A DNA stretch of 64,000 nucleotides from a virus, in the IMG/VR virus record IMGVR_UViG_3300025751_000003; one strand, 5' to 3'. Position numbers and translations under genes: made by a program. Shown piece after piece: positions 9,028 to 17,332 of this stretch; the stretch's first letter is position 1, and every line of letters begins with the position of its first letter. Under the pieces are notes generated by a model that did not search any database, was not told the DNA's origin, and saw nothing but the letters and a program-made list of their open reading frames with translations.

Positions 9028-9386
9028 TGTTCTGGGCGGAGACGCGAAATTGCTGAGACACTAATGCGGGCAGGATGTTGGTCACCCTCATCCCAAGCCA
9101 CTCGTGCTTTGCGCACTGATCTTCCCTTGCTGTCCTTCTCGTATTCAAAGGAGAGAATCGTGCCCTTGAATCCCGAATATATCCATCCATCTGACGTGAG
9201 TGATACCAAGACCACCCTCTGTCCCTTGGTGAAAGGATCATGATTTGGAGTGCGGAGAGACTGGCGAAACGGTGTTCTTGGGAGAACCGTAATCACAGGT
9301 TCGGGATCTTGTGCAGATTCCACTGGCCGTACAAATGTCTTCCGCCTGTCGCGCAGGGTTACGCTAAAGGAAAAGGAAAGAGCCAT
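9024..9386 (-). CDS. hypothetical protein (SH3/KOW-like C-terminus?)
   Basis: ATGA overlap with the thyX start. The true start is uncertain because there is no internal Met. Confidence 0.45.
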   Translation of the reverse strand: MALSFSFSVTLRDRRKTFVRPVESAQDPEPVITVLPRTPFRQSLRTPNHDPFTKGQRVVLVSLTSDGWIYSGFKGTILSFEYEKDSKGRSVRKARVAWDEGDQHPARISVSAISRLRPEQ

Positions 9387-9765
9387 GCAGTACAGCGTTC
9401 CAGTGATTCTTGATTACGATGGGAGGAAACACGTTGCAACCATGGGTCCATTTGAGCGCAGCATGGAGCGGGACTTCTCGCTAGCCGTCAATAAGAAGGC
9501 AATTGCAGAATGCACCGACATGCAACAGCTCAAAGAGGTGGCAACAAACCTGCTAGAGGGGTTCAGTAACCTGCAGGGCGCCGTAGGCGGTTTGATCAAG
9601 GAAAACATGAATTTGCGGCATGCCATCGGACTGCGGGAGTCTGATTTGCAAGCGGCAGAGGATCTTATGAATCAGGCTGCTGCTCTTCTAGAACAGCAGC
9701 AATCATCACAGACCAGCAAGCCTCCCCGATCTTCTCAATCCAAGTGGCGTCTGTGGCCGTGGTAG
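9385..9765 (+). CDS. hypothetical protein, weak NblA-like helix pattern
   Basis: AAGGAAAAGGAAAG lies ahead of the ATG at 9385. This ORF fills an otherwise 280-bp gap, and its 3' end overlaps the convergent gene. Confidence 0.4.
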   Translation: MQYSVPVILDYDGRKHVATMGPFERSMERDFSLAVNKKAIAECTDMQQLKEVATNLLEGFSNLQGAVGGLIKENMNLRHAIGLRESDLQAAEDLMNQAAALLEQQQSSQTSKPPRSSQSKWRLWPW

Positions 9766-10066
9766 ACGTGAGCAGAAATACTTTCCAGCCACCCATCATG
9801 GCCAGATTGTATTTCCTTGCATCGCGGTCATAACCAGACCCTGATACATGGCGACCCCGCATGTAGGTGCCGCCTTGTATCTCGATCAGCGAGCGGCTTT
9901 CGATGTGAGCGAAATCAGCTCGGTAGCGCTTGGATCGTTTGCTTTTGGCGTAGCGCTCTTGATAGTCAGATTCCCAAGTAGGCACATCACTGAACTCGCG
10001 AACAAGCTCTAATTGGGGCCACTTGACTTTCCACTGATCGTAGAATTTATCCTCAAGAGCGCTCAC
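9665..10066 (-). CDS. Vsr/DUF559-like PD-(D/E)XK endonuclease (putative)
   Basis: YRADFAHIESRSLIEIQGGTYM..GRHVSGSGYDRDARKYNLAMMGGWKVFLLT fits the Vsr-like fold pattern. Confidence 0.5.
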   Translation of the reverse strand: MSALEDKFYDQWKVKWPQLELVREFSDVPTWESDYQERYAKSKRSKRYRADFAHIESRSLIEIQGGTYMRGRHVSGSGYDRDARKYNLAMMGGWKVFLLTSTTATDATWIEKIGEACWSVMIAAVLEEQQPDS

Positions 10067-10070
10067 AAGA

Positions 10071-10640
10071 TCATACTTTCGCAGCAGTTACGCTAGCGCC
10101 TTGATCTTGATACTTTCCCTCATAGGGCCTGCTCACTTCACCACAGCGAAATAGCACCACTTGGGCAATGCCCTCGTTGGCATATACGCGGATGTAGCGA
10201 TCAGTGGGGTTGGTGAGGCTCATGGTTAGGTAGCCACACCAGCCAGGCTCGATGGGGGTGATGTTGGCGATGAGACCAGCGCGTGCATAGGTGCTTTTGC
10301 CCCAGCACAGTCCCATTACATCGTTCGGCATATTGAACCGCTCGATGCTCACGCCAAGGCCAATGGCATGCGGAGGGATGATAAAGAAGCTGCCCTTCTC
10401 ATCCTGCACTAAGCCTGTCGTGACGCCCTCCGGGGCATCTTTCACGTCGAAAGTGGATGTGGACTGCGGCGATGCATAGACGACAAACTCCTTGGGAGAC
10501 AGGCGAATGTCGTAGCCGCTTTGGCTGAGGCCGAAGCTCAGAGCAGGCTTGCCATCAACAATCTTGGTCTTCTCACCCACATAGGGCATGAAGATGTCGT
10601 TTTCAGCGAGCTTGCTGATTTCGATGTCGTTAAGGAGCAT
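10071..10640 (-). CDS. dcd: dCTP deaminase
   Basis: MLLNDIEI...SFGLSQSGYDIRLS...GLCWGKSTYARAGL...EPGWCGYLTMSLTN are typical Dcd / dUTPase-superfamily motifs. Confidence 0.85.
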   Translation of the reverse strand: MLLNDIEISKLAENDIFMPYVGEKTKIVDGKPALSFGLSQSGYDIRLSPKEFVVYASPQSTSTFDVKDAPEGVTTGLVQDEKGSFFIIPPHAIGLGVSIERFNMPNDVMGLCWGKSTYARAGLIANITPIEPGWCGYLTMSLTNPTDRYIRVYANEGIAQVVLFRCGEVSRPYEGKYQDQGASVTAAKV

Positions 10641-10674
10641 TGTGAAAGGGGCGCTCTAAGCGCCCCCGTAAGGA

Positions 10675-10947
10675 TCAAAACAGATCGTCGGAAGCAGCCT
10701 TCTTGCTGCTACCAGCCTTGCCAGAGTTGTCCCACATCGAGGCGTAGCCCTTGGCACCATCGATCTTGCCCTTCACTTGCACTTGGCCAGTGAAGCTGGG
10801 CTGAGAGTCGTTGACTTTGCGGTCGTTGGTCCACAACGATGCGGCAAGGCTGTACATGCCACGGTCGTTAGGGCCAGCTTCCTTGGCCTCGCGGAACACG
10901 TCTGCGGGGATGTCGATTGCGACTTTGTAGAGAGGCTGAGAAGCCAT
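10675..10947 (-). CDS. small protein with acidic C-terminal tail ending DDLF (possible ssDNA-binding protein)
   Basis: Met at 10947 (MASQPLYKV...). The C-terminus ...KKAASDDLF resembles SSB / gp2.5-type tails, and the gene sits in the recombination block. Confidence 0.45.
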   Translation of the reverse strand: MASQPLYKVAIDIPADVFREAKEAGPNDRGMYSLAASLWTNDRKVNDSQPSFTGQVQVKGKIDGAKGYASMWDNSGKAGSSKKAASDDLF

Positions 10948-10994
10948 GGTTGAAAAAGAAGAACGGAACAAGAGTAGCGACTATGAACGGGAGA

Positions 10995-11756
10995 TCAAGC
11001 TCCCTTGTCCATAGAAATTGTGAAGGGCACACGACCGGGATAGTGGTCGAAGAAGAACTGCTGAGTCTTCTGTGTCATCACGCCGGCTTGCGCTACAAGC
11101 TCACCGGCATCCAGGCTCACAATTTGAGCCTGTTCGCCCTTTCCAGTGTCGGGATCGTAGATGGCAATGGCGCAGTGCGCCTCATTGATTTCGATGTCAT
11201 ACATCTGTTCAATGGCCTGCACATAGGCTCCAAGCTGCATGCGGTAGTCCGCAAGCATCGAGTCGCTCTTGTGCTTGTAACTGGTCTTCCAATCGAGCAG
11301 CGCATAGGCGCCGCTCTTCATGGTGGCGAGCATATCGAAGGTGCCCGCGTAACCAATTTCCCTGGAAGGGCAGTACCACGAGATGGCACTTTCGACGAGC
11401 TGTGGCTCGTCTATCTGGTCCAGGAAGTCTTGAATGCTCTCGTAGTAAGGGAGGAATTGAGGCGCATTATCAAAATGCGTCTCAACATCCTCCCCATTGA
11501 AGAGATCTTCCAATACTCCATGAAGCCAGTTGCCGCGTTCAACGGCATTGCGCGTGCGACGGTTTGCTTCCGCATCGCCTACACGCTTGCGCCAGTTGAT
11601 GAGGGCCATTGTCTTGCCTATGGGGGCGGTGGCCGAGGCGACTGTTGTGACGGACGGCAAGACGATTCCTGCTGGAACATTGGGAAGTTCCTCCGAAACG
11701 TAGTAGCGTTTCTTGTTAATTTGGAGCCTGTTTGGCTCGTAGCGTGGGAATTTCAT
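10995..11756 (-). CDS. PD-(D/E)XK (RecB/Cas4-like) exonuclease
   Basis: GTFDMLATMKSGAYALLDWKTSYK...YRMQLGAYVQAIE. The Met at 11756 makes an ATGA overlap with the upstream gene. Confidence 0.7.
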   Translation of the reverse strand: MKFPRYEPNRLQINKKRYYVSEELPNVPAGIVLPSVTTVASATAPIGKTMALINWRKRVGDAEANRRTRNAVERGNWLHGVLEDLFNGEDVETHFDNAPQFLPYYESIQDFLDQIDEPQLVESAISWYCPSREIGYAGTFDMLATMKSGAYALLDWKTSYKHKSDSMLADYRMQLGAYVQAIEQMYDIEINEAHCAIAIYDPDTGKGEQAQIVSLDAGELVAQAGVMTQKTQQFFFDHYPGRVPFTISMDKGA

Positions 11757-11944
11757 CGTGGTTTGACGCAGTAAGAGCCAGATGTGTAATAGCCCAGAGG
11801 ACAACTGCTTCCCTGTTTCTCGATGGCATTAGTTGCGTTACGAGAGGGCACGCAATAGGCGCCGGAGATGAAGTAGCCCATAGGGCAGCTACCCACGCGA
11901 GGGAGAGGCTGTGCAAGCTGAGCCATGATGAGGATGGAAATCAT
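11753..11944 (-). CDS. small secreted Cys-repeat protein
   Basis: Signal-like MISILIMAQLAQ followed by two copies of CPxGYxxSGxYCV. ATGA overlaps at both ends. Confidence 0.55.
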   Translation of the reverse strand: MISILIMAQLAQPLPRVGSCPMGYFISGAYCVPSRNATNAIEKQGSSCPLGYYTSGSYCVKPR

Positions 11945-12342
11945 TTTTCGTTTACATCCCAGAAGTATTCGCAACCTTCCTTTGTGCAAGGAGGTGCCGC
12001 GAACTGTGACTGCCATTTGTCTGGAGGCGCAAGATAACGCCAGCAGTTTTCCTTAACAGGGCATCCATCCCCCGTACACATTGCAATGTCAGGCATGAGA
12101 TGTCGATTAATAAACGGCTTGAGAAACGCAGAATCCAGAAGACCAGCATCCATAACGGAAGCAAGCAGAGCCGCCACACGTTTCGGACTATCAATGAGAT
12201 CGTCTGGAAAGCTCCAATAGGCTTCATTCGCCTTCTCCCACCATTGTTTGTCCAAGGCGGTTTCCTGAATCAACGAGGGCTTGGCGATGGTCGCTGATGT
12301 AGTCATCGAAAGCTTCAATGATGGTGCTTTGGAAGAAGCCAC
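11941..12342 (-). CDS. hypothetical protein with Cys-rich C-terminus
   Basis: CTGDGCPVKENCWRYLAPPDKWQSQFAAPPCTKEGCEYFW. The start is uncertain. Confidence 0.5.
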   Translation of the reverse strand: MASSKAPSLKLSMTTSATIAKPSLIQETALDKQWWEKANEAYWSFPDDLIDSPKRVAALLASVMDAGLLDSAFLKPFINRHLMPDIAMCTGDGCPVKENCWRYLAPPDKWQSQFAAPPCTKEGCEYFWDVNEK

Positions 12343-12484
12343 AGCCCATGAGGTAGCAGGCGAAATCTTCTACGATTTCTGAAGTCGTTTCTTTGTAGGA
12401 AGTGAAGCTCACTTCATAGGAAGGATTACCAAAACGATCAACAAATGAATGGGTCCATTTGTGGGGCATCACTTGGAGGTCCAT
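12224..12484 (-). CDS. hypothetical protein
   Basis: 86-aa ORF that overlaps the downstream ORF by about 80-120 nt. Confidence 0.45.
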   Translation of the reverse strand: MDLQVMPHKWTHSFVDRFGNPSYEVSFTSYKETTSEIVEDFACYLMGCGFFQSTIIEAFDDYISDHRQALVDSGNRLGQTMVGEGE

Positions 12485-12603
12485 AGACGTGCTATGCGAA
12501 GGATGAGAAGAGCGCTGACAGTTGCTGTACCAGCCAATACAAGAAATAGGCCGAGCGGGTCATGCTGAAAATAAGTAGGAAGGAAGCTCAGTAATGGGAC
12601 CAT
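12469..12603 (-). CDS. possible 44-aa TM peptide
   Basis: Below the track cutoff (MVPLLSFLPTYFQHDPLGLFLVLAGTATVSALLILRIARLWTSK). It overlaps the next start. Confidence 0.3.
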   Translation of the reverse strand: MVPLLSFLPTYFQHDPLGLFLVLAGTATVSALLILRIARLWTSK

Positions 12604-12663
12604 CGTCTTCATCGAAGGCAACTACTCCAGCGAAGGCCCTCGCTAAGAGGGCCGCCGCCAGAT

Positions 12664-13599
12664 CTACTTTTTTGATGCAACGAATGCCTTAACGGCTTCG
12701 ACGGCAGCTTCGGTGGACACTGCAGCTCCACGAATACTGTCCAGTTCTTTCGTCATGGCAGCCTTGGTGATCTTGATACCCTGCTCCTTGGTCCAGGAGG
12801 ACACGAGAGTGGTGATCACATTGCCAAAGTCGCCGATGGTTTTGACGTTGGCGCCAGTATTAAGGCCAACAGTGTCCAGGGCGTTCTTGACTGCCATTTG
12901 ACAAGCCCTCACATCAGCGAGTCCAAGAGGATTGGCTTCGCAGAATCCAACAAGGGCTTGTTTTCCATCGAAGGCAAGAGCCCACGCTTCTCCAAGATGA
13001 GCATTGCCTCCATCAGCAGGCGCCTGCTCTTTCTTTGATGCCGGAGCTTGCTTCGGAGCATCCTGTTGGAGCGGGAGCCGGGCCGATCCTTTTTGGTCAT
13101 CTTCTTTGGGGATGTCTTCGCCTGCGTAGAGACGCAGGCCGAGGCCGGTGAAGGTGGCGATGCACTTAACGGCAGCACGCTGGCAGTTGTCGCTGATGGC
13201 GCGACCATCCAGCTCTTTAATGGCATTGTGCTTCCGATCCATCACGGGGAAGATCAGAGCAACAGTGCGACGGATGCCGTCAGTGAGATAAGGGCGAAGG
13301 TAGTAATAGCCAGGGCCACCAAACACCACTTCACCAATGATTTTCTCTTCAAACGCGACGAAGAGCGTGGGGAAGTGTTCCTTGAGATAGCGATAAGCGA
13401 AGGGCCAGGAGAGATAGGAGAGGCCTTTGTAGTCCTTCTCAATGTGAGGACCAATGTCAGGGGTGTCGTATGCAGCCTTGAAGGCTTCGGCGCTGATTTC
13501 AAGAGGAGTGAAGACGCCGTTGTAACGGTCGAGCATGGACTGCTGGGCGGGATCTGAAGACATGAGGGAGGGGGTGTGAACGGTGAAGGAGTGCTTCAT
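12664..13599 (-). CDS. Sak/Rad52-like single-strand annealing protein (DUF1071-like)
   Basis: GLSYLSWPFAYRYLKEHFP...FPVMDRKHNAI...NCQRAAVKCIATFTGLGLRLYAGEDIP is the DUF1071/Sak signature. Confidence 0.7.
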   Translation of the reverse strand: MKHSFTVHTPSLMSSDPAQQSMLDRYNGVFTPLEISAEAFKAAYDTPDIGPHIEKDYKGLSYLSWPFAYRYLKEHFPTLFVAFEEKIIGEVVFGGPGYYYLRPYLTDGIRRTVALIFPVMDRKHNAIKELDGRAISDNCQRAAVKCIATFTGLGLRLYAGEDIPKEDDQKGSARLPLQQDAPKQAPASKKEQAPADGGNAHLGEAWALAFDGKQALVGFCEANPLGLADVRACQMAVKNALDTVGLNTGANVKTIGDFGNVITTLVSSWTKEQGIKITKAAMTKELDSIRGAAVSTEAAVEAVKAFVASKK

Positions 13600-13877
13600 T
13601 AGGAGCCAAAGCTGCGCTTGTAGCCAGAGCGCTTGTTCTCGTCAGACGAGTCGTAGAAGATGACGAGGTACTTGCCTGGTTGTTCTGCATCACCAATGAC
13701 AATGCTTTCGCCAGGTAGAGGCCAGTCATTTACCGAGCGGATGTCAGTGATAACTTCAGCGGAATGTTCGTCGAACACATCGTCATAAACGACGCTTTCG
13801 CAGAACAGCTTGATTTCGCAATCTTCGTTAGTGCGAAGGTAACCATCAAGGTGGCTGCGGAGTTCAGAGGCTTTCAT
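13599..13877 (-). CDS. hypothetical protein
   Basis: 92-aa ORF with a TAATG junction to the annealase gene. Confidence 0.55.
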   Translation of the reverse strand: MKASELRSHLDGYLRTNEDCEIKLFCESVVYDDVFDEHSAEVITDIRSVNDWPLPGESIVIGDAEQPGKYLVIFYDSSDENKRSGYKRSFGS

Positions 13878-14214
13878 CGGGGAAGAGGGAGGATGGGTCT
13901 ACAGACTCTTGCGTGTGGTCGAAGCACTCTTCCCACGCATTGTCTGCGAGGGTGGCACTTCCTTCCCATACGGGAGTGGAGCGAATGAGACGCTCCAGCG
14001 TCTCACTGTTGGACTTTCGCGCTTCGTGGGCAATGTTGCCCAAGTGAGTAAAAGCGGTGTCTGTGAGGGTGACGTGGCGGCGCTTTTTGAGTTCGCCATG
14101 AGCATTCGGCACGATGATCAAAGGTGGGTGAGCAGGAAATAGGTCAAAACGGAAGAGATAATTAAGACCAGGAAAAGCTCCATCGGGAAGCGCGGCTCGA
14201 CACACCTTACACAC
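13864..14214 (-). CDS. ribbon-helix-helix-like DNA-binding protein (putative early regulator)
   Basis: KKRRHVTLTDTAFTHLGNIAHEARKSNSETLERLIR fits a beta-strand/helix/helix RHH pattern. It is the first gene of the leftward block. Confidence 0.4.
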   Translation of the reverse strand: MCKVCRAALPDGAFPGLNYLFRFDLFPAHPPLIIVPNAHGELKKRRHVTLTDTAFTHLGNIAHEARKSNSETLERLIRSTPVWEGSATLADNAWEECFDHTQESVDPSSLFPDESL

Positions 14215-14351
14215 CTTTTTTAGGCATGCAACCCCCTAATCCTCCGAGTCTCATGAGACTGCTGCTGAATGCTTAAGCATGCATTAAGAGCGCTTCAAGC
14301 CGTTGCAGCGCCTGAAAAATCTGCTACAACAGCTCTGACTCACCCCCGCTC
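14215..14351. promoter_or_regulatory. divergent early control region with perfect palindromes
   Basis: AGTCTCATGAGACT (14247..14260) and ATGCTTAAGCAT (14269..14280) lie between the divergent gene blocks. Confidence 0.5.
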
Positions 14352-16340
14352 ATGGCCTTCAACATCCTTGACCACGAAGCCAAGCTGGAGCCTTCCAAAG
14401 AAGCAGGAAAATATAAGTGTCCGGCCTGCGGCGGCAACAACCTTAGCCTCGACCGGAACAATGGTTCCTATAACTGCTGGAACGATCCATCGCCCAAGCA
14501 CCGCGCTGAAATTCGCAATGTCCTCGCCCCATTGAAGCGTTGGGAAAGGCCGCCCAGGGAAAGCGGCTCCTATCGCTTCCCCTACCAAAGTCGTGATGGC
14601 AACAAGGTTTTGGACGTTGTTCGTCGTGACAACGACGGCAAGAAGCAGATCTTCCAGGAATATCCTGAGGTGAAGCCCGATACACCGCAGCGCCAGAAGG
14701 TCATTGAGAGCCTGCGCTCTCAAGTGCTGCCATACCGCTACAACGAAGCCATTGAAGCTTCCAAGGCTCTCCGCCTGCCCATTTTTGTGGTTGAAGGTGA
14801 GCTTTGTTGTGATGCCGTTTGGCAAATAGGTTTACCGTCCGTCACCTTCTTGGGCGGTAGCAAGCAATACAGGAGCAATGGGGACTATTCATCCCTCTTC
14901 AAGAATGTCCGTCTCGTGTTGTGTCCAGACCGAGATGAGCCAGGCGTGGCTCTCATGCGGGAAGTGGCGGTTGATAACCCTGGCGCTCAGTGGTTGTATG
15001 CAGATCCCGAAAATTTTGAATGGGACTCACTTCCGCAAAATAACGGATATGACATTTCCGATTGGATTGATGAAGGTGCAGACCAAGAACTCATCCTCGC
15101 TTCTGTCGTCTCAAAGGATCGCCATGAAGGCCACGATGGCCTTCCTTCCTATGAAGAGATCATTGGCGCCCTGGAAACCATGGTCGGCCTTTATGGCAAT
15201 GACGCCCGCGTGCTATTTGAAGCACGCCAGTGGATGACAAACCACGGCCTCAAGATGGCCACCACCGAACTTGAAAAGCTTCTGACTGAAGCCAAGACTC
15301 GCGTGGACGGCAAAGAGGAGATCGAGGTGTTGGACGCCAAAGCCATTGCCCTGTCTAATGAAGTGAGGCGCTGGACCATTGCTGGCATCCTTCCCGAAAG
15401 CAGCGTGATGCTCCTAGCCGCTGCTCCAGGCAGCGGCAAATCAACGCTCATTTACAACTGGGCGTTACATGTTGCAACTGGCACGGAATGGAGCGGCCGG
15501 CGCTGTGCTAAGGGCAGGAGCCTCATCATCCAATGCGACGAACCAGTGGTCGATGCAGCGGAAAAGATGCAGGTGATCGGTTACGACCGTGACGATCTCA
15601 ACCCTGAGGACATTGGCTTTATCGAGCGGTGGCGTTTTTCCAATATTGGCTGGCTTGCGGAGCGCATCCGTCGTGATCGCCCGCAATTTGTGGCCATTGA
15701 CAGCCTCACGGCATGCCTAGCCGGCATGGATGTCGACCTCATCAAGAGCGATGCAGGCAATGTCATCTACGAACTGCGAGACATTGCCAACACCTATGGC
15801 TGCAGCATCGTCATCCTTCACCACCTCAATAAAACAGGCGGTGTGCGCGATAGCTCCAGCTTTGAGGCCAACGTCTCTGAAGTGGTGAAGCTTTACCGCC
15901 CCGAAAACAATCCTGGCCCCAGTGAATTCTTGCTGGAATGGACAAAATCACGTAGCGGACTGTCCGGCAAGCACTTCCTGGTTCGCGAGCCCGAAACTTA
16001 TGGCTGGTTCTACAGGGGGCCAGTGGACGGCGACCCAGAAGATCTGATGCGCACTGCCAACATCGTGAACAATCGAGGCATGGAGTGTTTCAGTGCTCAG
16101 CAGATGAGCAACATCCTTTCGCTGTATGACACCGGCAAAGCGAAGCGCACGCTGGAACAGGCACGGCGCCAAGGACTCATCTCTTCATCATGGAGACTCG
16201 GCCCCACTGGTGAGCGGGACCGCATGTATCACTCTTTTGATTATGTGGAAACAGAACTGTCGGACTTTGCGGAGGAGAAACCAACTATTGAGAACGCCCC
16301 TGAGGAAATGCCAGATGTTGATGATGACATTCCGTTCTAA
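14352..16340 (+). CDS. bifunctional primase-helicase (Zn ribbon + TOPRIM + RecA/DnaB-like ATPase)
   Basis: CPACGG zinc motif, TOPRIM-like IFVVEGELCCDAV / LCPDRDEPG, Walker A AAAPGSGKST and Walker B FVAIDSL. The protein ends DVDDDIPF. Confidence 0.85.
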   Translation: MAFNILDHEAKLEPSKEAGKYKCPACGGNNLSLDRNNGSYNCWNDPSPKHRAEIRNVLAPLKRWERPPRESGSYRFPYQSRDGNKVLDVVRRDNDGKKQIFQEYPEVKPDTPQRQKVIESLRSQVLPYRYNEAIEASKALRLPIFVVEGELCCDAVWQIGLPSVTFLGGSKQYRSNGDYSSLFKNVRLVLCPDRDEPGVALMREVAVDNPGAQWLYADPENFEWDSLPQNNGYDISDWIDEGADQELILASVVSKDRHEGHDGLPSYEEIIGALETMVGLYGNDARVLFEARQWMTNHGLKMATTELEKLLTEAKTRVDGKEEIEVLDAKAIALSNEVRRWTIAGILPESSVMLLAAAPGSGKSTLIYNWALHVATGTEWSGRRCAKGRSLIIQCDEPVVDAAEKMQVIGYDRDDLNPEDIGFIERWRFSNIGWLAERIRRDRPQFVAIDSLTACLAGMDVDLIKSDAGNVIYELRDIANTYGCSIVILHHLNKTGGVRDSSSFEANVSEVVKLYRPENNPGPSEFLLEWTKSRSGLSGKHFLVREPETYGWFYRGPVDGDPEDLMRTANIVNNRGMECFSAQQMSNILSLYDTGKAKRTLEQARRQGLISSSWRLGPTGERDRMYHSFDYVETELSDFAEEKPTIENAPEEMPDVDDDIPF

Positions 16341-16370
16341 ATAGAGGGAGACTTAACTCGGCGTCTCCCC

Positions 16371-16401
16371 GCCCGCCCGACGCTACGAGGCGGGCTTTTT
16401 T
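16371..16401 (+). terminator. rho-independent terminator
   Basis: GCCCGCC-loop-GGCGGGC followed by TTTTTT. Confidence 0.8.
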
Positions 16402-16498
16402 AATGCTAGCCAATATCTGATTTCCCAATAAACGGCCTTTATTAGGAATGCAGCTAACATAATAAAGATTAAGTTATGGCCGCGGCCTAGTTATTGCA

Positions 16499-16693
16499 AT
16501 GGCTTTCCAGAATCCAGGCCTTGAAGCGCTGCATCAATTCGTCACTGGTAACAACTCTGCCCTTGACTCTGCCCCTGTCATTGAACAGAACGTGGCAGAG
16601 CAAGTTGATAACAAGGTAGAAATCGAAGAAATCACCAAGGAGCTGCAGGACGATGCCCGTCTGGAGCGGCCAAAATGGAAGGGTTTTGGCTGA
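16499..16693 (+). CDS. hypothetical protein
   Basis: 64-aa acidic ORF. Confidence 0.45.
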   Translation: MAFQNPGLEALHQFVTGNNSALDSAPVIEQNVAEQVDNKVEIEEITKELQDDARLERPKWKGFG

Positions 16694-16868
16694 TTTCTAG
16701 GCGTTTTAGGGCTCGTGCTACAGTGGTCACGGAAAGTCCCGAGCGCACCCAGTTCCAGAACTGTTGAGCCCTAGACTCCTTCCAGGCATGGCCTTCCAGC
16801 ACCAGCGAAGCCCCCTCAAGGGGCGGAGCGGAGTCGGACGCCAGGCCAAGGCTACCTAAGCAAAAACA

Positions 16869-17144
16869 GTGGATAACATTGCAAAGCAAACAATTCTTGC
16901 AATGATTAATCCCCCTCAGCCAGTAGAAGTGTTGCCTTCGTTGGAACACAATGGAGTGGAAATTATTTGCCGCATTCATCACGGCTTTTCCACACCTTTG
17001 AAAGGGCCAGCTCCTGCGCCTCGATATCTGTATGGGGCCGTGAGCCCCCAAGGCGAACGGCACTGGCGAAGGAGCCTAAATGAATTGCAATCTCTCATCG
17101 AAGGAGGGTTTAGTGTTGATGGGAATAAGAAGCAGAAATCGTGA
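16869..17144 (+). CDS. hypothetical protein
   Basis: 91-aa ORF with a GTG start. Its stop overlaps the next start. Confidence 0.45.
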   Translation: MDNIAKQTILAMINPPQPVEVLPSLEHNGVEIICRIHHGFSTPLKGPAPAPRYLYGAVSPQGERHWRRSLNELQSLIEGGFSVDGNKKQKS

Positions 17145-17332
17145 CTCACGACAATGTTTTGTCTGATTCCGAGTGGGATGAGATGAACTCGCTACGGAGG
17201 GCCATTAAGGATGGCCCTCCTGCCGTCGCTTCACACAAGATGGAAAGGTTTGCTGAACTGTTTGTGCGAACTCTTCCCTATGAGGGCGATACAATTGCCC
17301 CAGCAGTGATTTTTACAGATGGCTCAGCCTGA
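17141..17332 (+). CDS. hypothetical protein
   Basis: 63-aa ORF coupled to its neighbours. Confidence 0.5.
   Translation: MTHDNVLSDSEWDEMNSLRRAIKDGPPAVASHKMERFAELFVRTLPYEGDTIAPAVIFTDGSA

Noticed and set aside
10917-11774. 285-aa plus-strand ORF.
   Set aside because: It is antisense to the PD-(D/E)XK exonuclease gene, which has clear motifs. It has no RBS and is out of context within a minus-strand operon.
16707-16773. The stem-enclosed 67-nt element considered as a second tRNA.
   Set aside because: It has no D-arm, anticodon-arm or T-arm geometry. The candidate T-loop is a 4-nt loop and no TTCRA-type loop is present.
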